64,000 bases of DNA from Macrostomum hystrix. Taxonomy: Eukaryota > Animalia > Platyhelminthes. The stretch is from positions 30,566,001 to 30,630,000 of the forward strand of contig CATNEN010000038.1 in assembly GCA_950097015.1 (NCBI GenBank). Reading direction: 5' to 3'. Both the position numbers and the translations under genes were made by a program. Of this stretch, positions 1-14,203 are shown piece by piece; within the stretch, counting starts at the first letter, position 1; each line of letters opens with the position of its first letter. Below the pieces are notes generated by a model, which had not been told where the DNA came from, searched no databases, and saw only the letters and a list, made by a program, of their open reading frames with translations.

Positions 1-3000
1 GACAGAAATGAAGGCACAGAAACACCGTCCCGAAGTGTTACATTAGCGTATGAGGTGACTGGAGGCAAAATGGGAAGCATTTCTCCTAGTATCGAAGATT
101 TCCAGGACTTTCCAGACGCTTTAATCGAACAGCGCTCGCACGACAAGCCTGTTAGCAATGAGCTTGTTAACGAAAGATTGATTCCAATCGAAAAAGAGAG
201 CCACTGTGGATCTGATAGTCCGAGCGCTTCAAATGAGCAATTTACAGACAGTGCTCACGAAGATAGCAAAGAAAAAGAAACAGCAGGCGACGGCGATAGC
301 ACAGCTTCAAAAGAAGGACGCCGTGATCTTGTCCAAGAGCAGAGGGGCAATGTTAGCCTGTCTCGCGAACATAGGGATTCTCAGAAGGATAAGACAGAAG
401 AGGACAGTGACACGCCAACAGCCGAGTCCACTGGTTCCGGGGATAAGCCGGGTTCTCAGGATGAACTCAACAACGAACTTGTCTATCGCACTCTAAACCA
501 GAACGAAGAGGCTCATAGACAGTCCCATATAGCGCGAGAAAACGAAAACGATACCAGCAGTGAGCTGCATTCCGAAACAGAAGTTCGCGAGCCTTGCAGT
601 AATCCTGATAAGAGAGCTACTGAAGAAGATACCACATTAGCAGAATCGGAGAAGAGAGAAGACGAACTTACTCAAAGCAATGGCGGCAGTAAAGCACCTC
701 TTTCAGTGCAATCTAAAGAGCATAGCTTTTCGAAGGATGGTCAGAATTGTGCAGATAATCAGATTGATGGCCCTCAGAATAAAGACTACGCGGATGGCAA
801 GACTGAATGCAAGCCACTACAGGACACCGAACTTAAAACTGAACCACTCGACAAAAGAACATCTGCCAGAGAGGACAGAGAAACTTTTGAATCATCTGAC
901 AACGAATTAAACGCACCTGCTAGTAGAAAGGCATCTGATGTACCATCAAGTAGGGAATTGCCTGTCTCCAAAAACAAATCGATCAATCCGGACGTAGAGG
1001 CAGCAGAGCAGTCCACAGGTTCTGGAGATCTCAAGGCAGAGACAGGAACCAGAGCTCGGAAAGACGAAGCACCAGTCTGCGAGGAAGAGTTTGAAAGTGG
1101 CAGTGACTTGGACAAGGCAACAGTTACTGTGTCCTCCAGCTCTGAAGACGAGTGCAGCGATGACGACTTACCATCTGAGCGAGCGAAAGAATCGGAATAC
1201 GAAAAGATAAATGACATTAGTGTGGGATCGGAAGCTACAAACGAAGATGAAAAGGCAGAGAGTTCTGATTCAAAGTTTAAGGCGCCAAATATAAAAGACT
1301 CAAAAGAAAACACTGATGACCAGCAACCAGCAACTTCAAACCAACTTGAGACATGTGGGAGTAGTTCAACAGAGGTACCACTGAACGACATCGACAGTGA
1401 AGCTAATGCTAATAGTGATTCAAGCCATTCTGGGGGAGTTTTAGCTAGACAAATTTCGGATTCAAATCAATCAGAGAAAGGGAACAATCGTGGACCTAAT
1501 GAGTTTGCGACTGAAGGTGACACAGCAACCTTGCATCCTAAAGGCTCCGAATATCCTCTTAATGAGTCTAGTGATATTCTCCTTCATCCGTACGTACCAA
1601 ATTCTTTAAAGGATTCACGTGGACGTTTAGATTATTCGGATCCTGAGCAGACTGGCATCAGAGAAGCAGATGCTGTTGACAAAGTTCACAAAACATATAT
1701 TTCTAATAGTCCAAAAATAAAATGTGCTGAATCTGATGACAATGATTGCTCAAGTGAAGCAAGGATGGCATCGACAACTAAAAGCGATAAAGTCTCGGCT
1801 GATACTATTTCTGAGCAAATCGAAACGAACCACACAAAGCTGTTGGAGCAACAAAACTATGGTTCCGGCATTGAGCGTCCTCAGAAACACTCTCGGATTG
1901 TCGCAAGCGGCATTTCTCTAAAAGAAGACCAGGAAACTATATCGAATGAAGAAACTGAGGCATTGAATTCCGACACTTCCCAGAAATCCCTCTTATCGAG
2001 CTATGAATCTGATAGTAACATTGGTTCAAAGAGTACACAGAAACCGCAAACAAATCAGAAAGAAGATGAGAGTTCTTCAATCGACGTTGACAAGGACAAA
2101 GATTTTGCAAAGGAAACCGATTTAGCTGGAAAAGAAGCTCCGTCTAGACTTGTAGGCGCACAAGATCCATCGACAGAAGAAGCTCTACCTGCTAATAACA
2201 TGGCAGAGCTAATTCGTGAACGTGACTCAAGCGAATCTCGCAAAGATAATTCAGCGAAGAAAAACTTCAGTTCGAGTGGTAATGATGACAACACTTATTT
2301 ACAGAGACAATCGAGCAGCACAACGAAGGAAACAGAACAAAGCGATGGGCGAAACGACAAAAAGAGCCTTTTAGAGCTGGATTCTAACCCACCTAGCGAG
2401 GATCAAGAAGCTCCAACAGCTGAGGACAGTGCTCACGCCTCTAAAAAATATTCTTCTGATGATGAGTTTGTTTCGAAGGCATACTTAGATTCGAAGTCAC
2501 CGGAAAGAATTTTGAGTCAAGCTAATCAAAATGAAGCAGAAATTCCGGCTGAAGACATCGTCAAACAATTTCTCAGGGAGTCGACGTCAGCGAAGAGGCC
2601 TTCAAAGGATGATAAAATCGATCAACAATTGCCAGCTGATTTAACCTCGTCGGTATCAGACGTCACTTCAGATGTTGGTGTTGAACTACAGGAGGTTACT
2701 GAGGGACAGAAGAAGATAGCGACTTCCGCGCCACGTGAATCTAGAACGGATGGTGATGAGCTAGAAGCTTCAAAACCGACGGAAGCATCGCTGACACAAA
2801 ACGAGAAGAAATATTACAACCAAAACTTAAAGCACGACGTCGATCTCGAGAACTCCTCGGATGACTCTGACGGTGCGGAAGATAATAGCCTGGCAGGCTA
2901 CACGAGCAGTTCAACAGCATCTGATGAAAAGTCAAGCAAAATTTTAAGAAGCGACGGAGACAAAAGAATAGCACGAAAGGCTGGCGAAAATTCGGAATCG

Positions 3001-6000
3001 GAAAAACAAGCATCTCTATCAAGAACAAATTCAGAAGAATCTATGGAATCATTACTGGAAAAAGTGCTTAACGTACCGCTACCAGATGCTTCTGTGCCAA
3101 AGCCCTTGGATGACGACTATGAAGTGTCAAGAAATCTCGCTCCCATCCACGAGGCTGCACCTGCAGACCAGACGGATGCTACAGTAGGAGTAGCAGATGC
3201 GCATGACGGCGGCTCAAGGGTCCAGGAAAGCGATGATGATGATGACCTTCTAGTCAGCGACCAGGAGGATCATGACTCCGATGCCGATGACAATGGCTAT
3301 TACTTTGAAGACGATAACGAATACTATATAAAGTCTAGCCATCCACACAGACTAGAAGACATCTCGGAGCGTTCCGAACCCGACGAGGAATGCACATATA
3401 GCGGATATAGTGAAGACATAGCATCCCATTCTGATTTTCCGAAATCGGTTCTTCATGGTGGGCGCTTTGCAGAGAATGACGCAAAGCTACAAGTACCACA
3501 GTATTCTCCCCGAAGACGAATCAGTCAAGGCAATGAGGATAGAAGTCATTCAACAATGTCTGATGAAGCTGACGATGAGCATATTTCACTTGATTCTACT
3601 CTCGAAATCTCAAGCTCGCGTCCGAAGAGAGTCAAGAAAGAACATGAAAGAATTAGCGACTCGAGACAACAGGAATCGGATGTTTCATCATCAGATAGTG
3701 AAAGTGAAGCTGCAGCAGTTGGTCCATCCAATGACAGTCTTCAAAACGAAACAGATGAGCAAAGAGACTCTTCTCGAGAGAATACTGCCGAAGCTGTTTT
3801 AGCAGATAATGAGCCCCATGTTGAGGATACTCACAAAGAACTCATCTCGGAGAGTCAACCAAGGAAGTCAAGAAAGAATGGTGTCCATGGTAGAGTCGAT
3901 GGGGATGAAATGACTGAGGAGAATGAAAAATCTAAAGAAATCAAGAAGCCAAGCAGAATGGTCCCTGATATCACCGTCGACAGCGAGCAGAGCAACAAAG
4001 ATCGAGACACAGATTTGGTTGATGATAAAGAAAATGAGCAGGCACGTGCGCTTCAGTCTTCAAGAGTCAGAAACGCAGAGGATGATCTCGAAAGGTTCCT
4101 TAATAAGAAGACAAACCAGATTGACTCTACAGAAGACCTCTCATCAACCAGAAAGTCGAAGGACAACGAGCCGGAAGACTCAAACATTTCTCAAGCAGGC
4201 TTGCCACTGAATAATAAGGAAACTTGTTCAGAGGCCGCAAACGTCTCAGAAACTGAGTCATCCTCTTGTGAGTCAAGTAAGGAATCTGGTGTTAAGAACA
4301 CTGATGTATCAGAAACCAAAGGCAGTAAAACAAGGAATCAAAATGAGAATGACGTTGGGGAGGTTGAAGATACGATAATCTCACATGTAGCACCAGTGGC
4401 TGCCAAAGCGCCTAAAAATTCACAACTATCAATTGATCAGTCTGACACGGATGATTCGTCCTGCACTAAAATCACGAAAGAGATGTTAGCGGAGCTTGAC
4501 AGTAGTCATACGGACACGGAAGTTTTAGCGGAGCAGCTGCTTGAAGGACTAACTACAGACATTGACGAAGACATGGATGACAACGGACAGATTGGGGCTG
4601 ACATTCCAAAGTGCGAACATAAAATTAATTACAAGCGAAACAACATGCCAACTGTAAAAAAAACAGATAAACGAAAGCGTTTAAGAAGAAAAAATGAGTC
4701 AGAGACAGAGACTTCAGAGACAAGTGACACAAAGACCAATCAGCAAAGCACGCAGCAAAGACCAGATGAATATAATTGGAACGATGTCGCACACGAGAAG
4801 CCGGAGAAAAAAGGACAAAGTTATCTAGATGAGTCCACAAATGTTTCAGAAAGCAGCGATGTGAAACCCAGAAAGCAACAAAGACCGCCTGTTGATGAGA
4901 CTTCCGACACTTCAGAAGCAAACGACGTAGAGCCACGCAAGCAAAAAAGCAACAAAGCAAAAGACTCAAAAGTACCCGTCAATGAGTCCAAAATTGCTTC
5001 AGAAAACACTAACTTGTATCCCAGTAAGCAACTAAGACAGCCCGTTGATGAGTCTTCCGACTCATCAGATACTAGCGACTTGAATTCTCAAGGGCAACAG
5101 AGACCGCCCGTTGATGAGTCTTCTGATGCTTCAGAAAGCAGCGACGCGAAACCCAGTAAGCAACAAAGAACGCCCGTTGATGAGTCTTCTGACAGTTCCG
5201 AGGCAAACGTTGTGAAGCCACGCAAGAAACAAAGCAACAAAAATGAAGACTCAAGAGTGCCCGTCAATGAGTCTAGCTATGCTTCAGAAAGCAGCGACGA
5301 AAAGCCCAGAATGCAACAAAGAGCGCCCGTTGACGAGTCTTCAGACGCTTCAGAAACCAGCGACGTGAATGCTCAAAGGCAACAAAGACGGCTCGTTGAT
5401 GAGACTTCCGATGCTTTAGAAACGAGCGACGTGAAGCCCAGAAAGCGACAAGGAACGATTGTAGACGAGTCCCCCGACACTTCAGATACCAGCAACGTGA
5501 ATGCTCAAAGGCAACTAAGAGCGCCCGTTGATGCATCTTTCAATGCTTCAGAAAGCAGCAACATGAAGCTCGGAAAGAGCAAAGAACAAAGAGCGCATGA
5601 TGATGAGACTTTCGACTCTTCAGAAAGCAGCGAAGTTAAGCCGAGTAAGCAACAAAGAGCGCCCGTTGAGGAGTCTTCCGACTCATCAGATACTAGCGAC
5701 GTAAATGCTCAAAGGCAACAAAGACCGCCTGATGAGTCTTCCGACACTTCAGAAGCAAACGACGTGAAGCCACGCAAGCAACAAAGCAAAAAAAAAGAAG
5801 ACTCAAGAGCGCCCGTCGATGAGTCATTCGATGCTTCAGAAAGCAGCGACCTAAAGTCAAGTAAGCAACAAAAAGCGCCTGTTGACGGGTCTTCCGACGC
5901 TTCAGAAACCGGCTACGCTAAGCCGAGTAAGCAACAAAGAGCGCCCGTTGATGAGTCTTCCGATGCATCCGATACTAGCGACATGAATGCTCAAAGGCAA

Positions 6001-9000
6001 CAAAGACCAACGGTTTATGTGTCTTCCGATGCTTCAGATACTAGCGACATAAAGCCCAGAAAGCAACAAAAAGCGCCTGTTGACGAGTCTTCCGACGCTT
6101 CAGAATCCAGCGACGTTAAGCCGAGTAAGCAACAAAGAGCGCCCTTAGATGATTCTTTCGATACTTCAGAAAGCAGCGACGTGAAACCGCGCCAGCTACA
6201 AAGCAACAAAAAAGAAGACTCAAGAGCGCCCGTCGATGAGTCTTCTGACCAATCAGATGCCAGCGACGGGAATGCTCAAAGGCAACAAAGACCGCCCGTT
6301 GATGAGTCTTCCGACGCTTCAGAAAGCAGCGACGCGAAACCCAGAAAGCAACAAAGAGCACCCGTTGATGAATCTTTCGGTGCCTCAGAAAGCAGCGACA
6401 TGAATCCCAAAAAGCAACAAAGAACGCCTGTTGAGAAGTCTTCCGACGCTTCAGAAACCAGCGACGATAAGCCGAGTAAGCAACAAAGAGCGCCCGTGGA
6501 TGAGTCTTTCGATGCTTCAGAAAGCAGCGACGTGAAGCCGCGCAAGCAACAAAACAACAAAAAAGAAGTCTCAAGAGCGCCCGTGGATGAGTCTTTCGAT
6601 GATTCAGAAAGCAGCGACGTGAAGCCGCGCAAGCAACAAAGCAACAAAAAGGAAGACTCAAGAGTGCCCATTGATGAGTCTTCTGACAAATCAGATACCA
6701 GCGACGGGAATCCTCAAAGGCAACAAAGACCACCCGTTGATGAGTCTTTCGACGCTTCAGAAACCAGCGACGTAAAGCTAAGTAAGCAACAAAGACTGCC
6801 CGTTGATGAGTCTTCCGATGCATCCGATACCAGCGACAGGAATGCTCAAAGGCAACAAAGACCACCGGTTCATGTGTCTTCCGATGCTTCAGATACTAGC
6901 GACATAAAGCCCAGAAAGCAACAAAAAGCGCCTGTTGACGAGTCTTCCGACGCTTCAGAAACCAGCGACGTTAAGCCGAGTAAGCAACAAAGAGCGCCCG
7001 TGGATGGGTCTTTCGACGCTTCAGAAAGCAGCGACGTGAAGCCGCGCAAGCAACAAAGCAACAAAAAAGAAGACTCAAGAGCGCACGTCGATGAGTATTC
7101 CGACTCATCACATACTAGCGATGTGAATGCTCAAAGGCAACAAAGACCACCGGTTTATGTGTCTTCCGATGCTTCAGATACTAGCCACATAAAGCCCAGA
7201 AAGCAACAAGAAGCGCCTGTTAACGAGTCTTCCGACGCTTCGGAAACCAGCGACGTTAAGCCGAGTAAGCAACAAAAACCGCCCGTAGATGAGTCTTCCG
7301 ATGCTTCAGATACCAGCGACAGGAATGCTCAAAGGCAACAAAGACCGCCCGTTGATGAATCTTTCGATGCCTCAGAAAGCAGCGACATAAAGCCCATAAA
7401 GCAACAAAGAACGCCTGTTGAGAAGTCTTCCGACGCTTCAGAAACCAGCGACGATAAGCCGAGTAAGCAACAAAGAGCGCCTGTTGACGAGTCTTCCGAC
7501 GCTTCAGAAACCAGCGACGATAAGCCGAGTAAGCAACAAAGAGCGCCTGTTGACGAGTCTTCCGACGCTTCGGAAACCAGCGACGTTAAGCCGAGTAAGC
7601 AACAAAAACCGACCGTAGATGAGTCTTCCGATGCTTCAGATACCAGCGACAGGAATGCTCAAAGGCAACAAAGACCGCCCGTTGATGAATCTTTCGATGC
7701 CTCAGAAAGCAGCGACATAAAGCCCATAAAGCAACAAAGAACGCCTGTTGAGAAGTCTTCCGACGCTTCAGAAACCAGCGACGATAAGCCGAGTAAGCAA
7801 CAAAGAGCGCCTGTTGACGAGTCTTCCGACGCTTCAGAAACCAGCGACGATAAGCCGAGTAAGCAACAAAGAGCGCCTGTTGACGAGTCTTCCGACGCTT
7901 CGGAAACCAGCGACGTTAAGCCGAGTAAGCAACAAAAACCGACCGTAGATGAGTCTTCCGATGCTTCAGATACCAGCGACAGGAATGCTCAAAGGCAACA
8001 AAGACCGCCCGTTGATGAATCTTTCGATGCCTCAGAAAGCAGCGACATGAAGCCCATAAAGCAACAAAGAACGCCTGTTGAGAAGTCTTCCGACGCTTCA
8101 GAAACCAGCGACGATAAGCCGAGTAAGCAACAAAGAGCGCCCGTGGATGAGTCTTTCGATGCTTCAGAAAGCAGCGACGTGAAGCCGCGCAAGCAACAAA
8201 ACAACAAAAAAGAAGTCTCAAGTGTGCCCATCGATGAGTCTTCTGACAAATCAGATACCAGCGACGGGAATCCTCAAAGGCAACAAAGACCGCCCGTTGA
8301 TGAGTCTTCCGACGCTTCAGAAAGCAGCGACGTAAAGCTAAGTAAGCAACAAAGACTGCCCGTTGATGAGTCGTCCGATGCATCCGATACCAGCGACAGG
8401 AATGCTCAAAGGCAACAAAGACCGCCCGTTGATGAATCTTTCAATGCTTCAGAAAGCAGTGACATGAAGCGCAGAAAGCAACAAAGTGCGCATGATGATG
8501 AGTCTTTCGACGCTTCAGAAACCAGCGACGTAAAGCCAAGTAAGCAACAAAGCAACAAAAAAGAAGACTCAAGAGCGCCCGTCGATGAGTCTTCTGACCA
8601 ATCAGATGCCAGCGACGGGAATGCTCAAAGGCAACAAAGACCGCCCGTTGATGAGTCTTCCGACGCTTCAGAAAGCAGCGACGCGAAACCCAGAAAGCAA
8701 CAAAGAGCACCCGTTGATGAATCTTTCGGTGCCTCAGAAAGCAGCGACATGAATCCCAAAAAGCAACAAAGAACGCCTGTTGAGAAGTCTTCCGACGCTT
8801 CAGAAACCAGCGACGTTAAGCCGAGTAAGCAACAAAAACCGCCCGTAGATGAGTCTTCCGATGCTTCAGATACCAGCGACAGGAATGCTCAAAGGCAACA
8901 AAGACCGCCCGTTGATGAATCTTTCGATGCCTCAGAAAGCAGCGACATAAAGCCCATAAAGCAACAAAGAACGCCTGTTGAGAAGTCTTCCGACGCTTCA

Positions 9001-12000
9001 GAAACCAGCGACGATAAGCCGAGTAAGCAACAAAGAGCGCCTGTTGACGAGTCTTCCGACGCTTCAGAAACCAGCGACGATAAGCCGAGTAAGCAACAAA
9101 GAGCGCCTGTTGACGAGTCTTCCGACGCTTCGGAAACCAGCGACGTTAAGCCGAGTAAGCAACAAAAACCGACCGTAGATGAGTCTTCCGATGCTTCAGA
9201 TACCAGCGACAGGAATGCTCAAAGGCAACAAAGACCGCCCGTTGATGAATCTTTCGATGCCTCAGAAAGCAGCGACATAAAGCCCATAAAGCAACAAAGA
9301 ACGCCTGTTGAGAAGTCTTCCGACGCTTCAGAAACCAGCGACGATAAGCCGAGTAAGCAACAAAGAGCGCCTGTTGACGAGTCTTCCGACGCTTCAGAAA
9401 CCAGCGACGTTAAGCCGAGTAAGCAACAAAAACCGACCGTAGATGAGTCTTCCGATGCTTCAGATACCAGCGACAGGAATGCTCAAAGGCAACAAAGACC
9501 GCCCGTTGATGAATCTTTCGATGCCTCAGAAAGCAGCGACATGAAGCCCATAAAGCAACAAAGAACGCCTGTTGAGAAGTCTTCCGACGCTTCAGAAACC
9601 AGCGACGATAAGCCGAGTAAGCAACAAAGAGCGCCCGTGGATGAGTCTTTCGATGCTTCAGAAAGCAGCGACGTGAAGCCGCGCAAGCAACAAAACAACA
9701 AAAAAGAAGTCTCAAGAGCGCCCGTCGATGAATCTTTCGATGATTCAGAAAGCAGCGACGTGAAGCCGCGCAAGCAACAAAGCAACAAAAATGAAGACTC
9801 AAGTGTGCCCATCGATGAGACTTCTGACAAATCAGATACCAGCGACGGGAATCCTCAAAGGCAACAAAGACCACCCGTTGATGAGTCTTCCGACGCTTCA
9901 GAAAGCAGCGACGTAAAGCTAAGTAAGCAACAAAGACTGCCCGTTGATGAGTCGTCCGATGCATCCGATACCAGCGACAGGAATGCTCAAAGGCAACAAA
10001 GACCGCCCGTTGATGAATCTTTCAATGCTTCAGAAAGCAGTGACATGAAGCGCAGAAAGCAACAAAGAGCGCATGATGATGAGTCTTTCGACGCTTCAGA
10101 AACCAGCGACGTAAAGCCAAGTAAGCAACAAAGCAACAAAAAAGAAGACTCAAGAGCGCCCGTCGATGAGTCTTCTGACCAATCAGATGCCAGCGACGGG
10201 AATGCTCAAAGGCAACAAAGACCGCCCGTTGATGAGTCTTCCGACGCTTCAGAAAGCAGCGACGCGAAACCCAGAAAGCAACAAAGAGCACCCGTTGATG
10301 AATCTTTCGGTGCCTCAGAAAGCAGCGACATGAATCCCAAAAAGCAACAAAGAACGCCTGTTGAGAAGTCTTCCGACGCTTCAGAAACCAGCGACGATAA
10401 GCCGAGTAAGCAACAAAGAGCGCCCGTGGATGAGTCTTTCGATGATTCAGAAAGCAGCGACGTGAAGCCGCGCAAGCAACAAAGCAACAAAAAGGAAGAC
10501 TCAAGAGTGCCCATTGATGAGTCTTCTGACAAATCAGATACCAGCGACGGGAATGCTCAAAGGCAACAAAGACCGCCCGTTGATGAGTCTTCCGACGCTT
10601 CAGAAAGCATCGACATGGAGCCAATAAAGCAACAAAGAGCTCCTGTTGAGGAGTCTTCTAACGCTTCAGAAACCAGCTACGTAAAGCCGAGTAAGCAACA
10701 AAAAGCGCCTGTTGACGAGTCTTCTGACGCTTCAGAAACCAGCGACGTTAAGCCAATAAAGCAACAAAAACCGCCCGTTGATGAGTCTTCCGATGCTTCC
10801 GATACCAGCGACAGGAATGCTCAAAGGCAACAAAGACCACCCGTTGATGCATCTTTCGATGCTTCAGAAAGCAGCAACATGAAGCCCGGAAAGCAACAAA
10901 GAGCGCCCGTGGATGAGTCTTCCGACGCTTCAGAAAGCAGCGACGCGAAACCCAGAAAGCAACAAAGAGCGCCCGTAGATGAGTCTTCCGAATCATCAGA
11001 CACTAGCGACGTGAATGCTCAAAGGCAACAAAGACCACCGGTTTATGTGTCTTCCGATGCTTCAGATACTAGCCACATAAAGCCCAGAAAGCAACAAAAA
11101 GCGCCTGTTGACGAGTCTTCCGACGATTCAGAATCCAGCGACGTAAAGCCAAGTAAGCAACAAAGCAACAAAAAAGAAGACTCAAGAGTGCCCATTGATG
11201 AGTCTTCTGACAAATCAGATTCCAGCGACGGGAATGCTCAAAGGCAACAAAGACCGCCCGTTGATGAGTCTTCCGACGCTTCAGAAAGCAGCGACGTAAA
11301 GCCAAGTAAGCAACAAAGAGCACCCGTTGATGAATCTTTCGATGCTTCAGAAAGCAGCGACATGAAGCTCATAAAGCAACAAAGAGCGCATGATGATGAG
11401 TCTTTCGATGCTTCAGAAACCAGCGACGTAAAGCCGAGTAAGCAACAAAGAGCGCCCGTAGACGAGTCTTCGGAATCATCAGATACTAGCGACGTGAATG
11501 CTCAAAGGCAGCAAAGACCACCTGTTTATGTGTCTTCCGATGCTTCAGATACTATCGACGTAAAGACCCGAAAGCAACAAAGACTGCCCGTTTTTGAGTC
11601 CACCAAGGCTTCAGAACGTGACGGCATGAGACCCCGAAAGCTGCAAGGCCAGGCTCTTTATTCATCAGAGTCTAATGCCATAAAGCGCGGTGAAAAAAAG
11701 AGTCAAGAAGGGTCATCTCTTGATGAATATAGCGATGCTTCAGAGACTTCTGGGTCGAAGTCCAAGACACAGGAAAACCAGCTTACTCTTGATGAATCCA
11801 CAAATGATACAGAGATCATTAAAGCTCAACTGATGAAACAGGAAAAACACCAAAGGCCACAAACGAACGAAAGGTCTTTGGTGTCAAGAAATTTTGTCGA
11901 AAAGCTTTTGGATAAAACTGCCGCAGAAAATGCCTCTGAGAGCAAAATTCAGGATAGGCCTCAAAGAAAATCTTCTGATACGGATTCAACTGGCACGCTG

Positions 12001-14099
12001 GATGCAAGTGACACCGAAAGGAAGATTGTGTCACGTGACTCGCAGGAACCGAAGTCATCAGAAAATGTCGGGCGGCAGTTAATAAAAAGATCTTCAACAA
12101 GAAAGGCTTCGATTTCTGAGTCGTCCGAAGCATCAGAAGTTAACCAGAGTCAACATAATGAACAAACAATATCTTCGGATTCTGAATCGACAACCACATC
12201 TGGGGATGAAACAGTGGACGATGTTTCAGGGATTGGACGAGCCGGTAAAAGATCTGAACAATTTTCTGTTGGTGAAGAATCAGAAGAATCCGAAGGACCG
12301 GATAGCGACTCGACGATAACCGCGACTGAGAATTCCAAACGAAAACTTAAAACAACAAGCAAGCGAAGCAATTTTTCTGATTCTTTCAGCGAGGACGTCT
12401 CCTTGCGATCCGGTGAACAAAGACCAGTGCACAAGGAGGATGACAGCATAGGACGCACTCATTCAGTGCCTGATCTGAGAATCACGTCCGAAGAATCTTG
12501 TGTCAGTTCAGATGTCGACCGTCAGCTTCGAGAATTCGACAATCTGATTTCAAATGGCGCTTCAATGAGACTAGCGCATGTGGACCATTCCGCATTGCTA
12601 AATGACAGCTTGACAGCTAGACAGCGCAGCAGCTCAGAGTCTGATATTATTTCTGAAACAGCGATGGCAAAAGCCGCTAATCCGGAAGATGGAAAAGAGA
12701 TAACAATTGTCATCTGCGACAAGCGAAAACGTGAATTATCGATTTCCCGAAGCATGCCATCCATCTCATTGCTGAGAGACAGAAGAGCCAGCAATCTGTC
12801 TCACACCACTGCTGACTCAGTGGCTCTTCAGCAGTCTAGTCAGGCAGAATTCGAGCCGGAGCGACAAAGAGGCAATTCTGACAGCAGCGCAGCCAGCACC
12901 ACTTCAGCTAAGAGATTACCAGTTCAGATTTCAATCACAGATTGTCGCAACAGACTTACCAGCTCAAGGAGCCTGCCTTCATTCGTTCAAGGCGTTAGTC
13001 AGGGCGTTAAACAGAGCGATAGGGACACAGAAAAAAAAGCAAGCATGAATAATGACCATAAAGACGTGTCTGTCGGTAGGACAAGCAAAGAAGCAAATAG
13101 GGGAACTGAGCGCAGATCGTCCGGCTCGGACAACGAAGACGTGTACGGAACGCCCTCTAGGCATCAATTAATCCGGGCATTGCGTTCGTCTATGGAAAAG
13201 GCACTGCAAGAACGTCCGTCAAAGTCTTCGGACTCGGAAGATCCATCGGCCACTGGTCAAGAAAGGACTTCGACTAGCACACGAAGACGAGCTCCGATGG
13301 CGGAGGCCCCGCGGAGACCACCCCTGCTGGCTGTGCAACCCGCCTCCCGACAATTAAATTCGAATCCGACTCAACCAAAGCACTCCGTTTCGCCAACTAG
13401 AGCACGACGGGCACAGTCGAGTACAACCAGCAATTTTGAAAAGCCCGCGGACCTTAGCAATGATACCGAAGAACTTCAACGCAGACGCGCGGAGGATGCC
13501 AAACTGCATCATTCACTGATGAACGAAGCTCAACGTCGAGTGTTCAAGAGAGAACTAGAGCAGCAAGAAGAAGACGACCTGGCCGACTCCACAAGCGTTG
13601 ACACGGACAGTGAATTCACCGTCGCTCACGAGGTGCTCAATCCAGTCAAGGCTGTTCCGGAATTAACAAGCCAGAGAAAACACCAGATCTCTTCGGCGAC
13701 GCCAGCTGAACGACCTCAAGCCAGGAGGCCGATTGTTAAAGATCTACCAAAAGTCGCTCCGGCAACTTTGACTGTACGCAGACCGAAATCGGAAATATAC
13801 GCAGAAAAGTCAAACGAAGCAGACTTTTACGCTACGAAAAGTTTAGACAGAAGTAGGCCAGTCTGCTTGAAGCGCGATTCGTCCTTCGAGACCCTTTACG
13901 ATGGAGATCTGATAGAGAAACTCACTAAAGAGCCACAACCAGACTTAATGCCAAAGTTCGAGGTAGACCAGTCTGATACTTCGTTGTCTGAAGCAGAGCA
14001 GCCGAAAAATTATAATTTTTCGATCGACGATGCTGAAGACTCTATCATGTCCAATCACACTCTGTCGTCAACACCGACTAATTCAATTCAGGATTTAGG
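1..14099 (+). CDS. Giant low-complexity, intrinsically disordered protein (S/D/E/K/Q-rich); one >14 kb exon, 5' end outside the window
   Basis: Frame 1 is open from base 1 (the GTG at 55 is not a real start) to TAA 14101-14103. That TAA lies within a GG|GTAAGC donor-like site at 14100. No globular domain recognised. Confidence 0.85.
4850..11620 (+). repeat. Coding minisatellite: ~66-nt (22 aa, KQQRAPVDESSDASETSDVKPS) and ~87-nt (29 aa, with SNKKEDS insert) units, roughly 100 copies
   Basis: Directly visible in DNA and translation. Higher-order duplications at 330 nt (7418 vs 7748) and 1560 nt (7418 vs 8978). Confidence 0.95.
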
Positions 14100-14169
14100 G
14101 TAAGCTGGTAATTGTGCTTGGCTGTACGTGTACTTATACTGACAACTAGAAGTTTTTTTGCTTCTCAAG

Positions 14170-14203
14170 GTGTCAAAGAGTTGACACCTTTTGTGATCCC
14201 TAA
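14170..14203 (+). CDS. Putative small terminal exon of the giant ORF (GCQRVDTFCDP*) after a 70-nt intron 14100-14169
   Basis: GTAAGC donor, TACTGAC branch-like motif near 14137-14143, T-tract and AAG acceptor at 14167-14169. The phase-2 join keeps the frame. Confidence 0.5.

Noticed and set aside
206-13167. Many antisense and alternate-frame ORFs over the giant gene
   Set aside because: Shadows of the repetitive coding strand.
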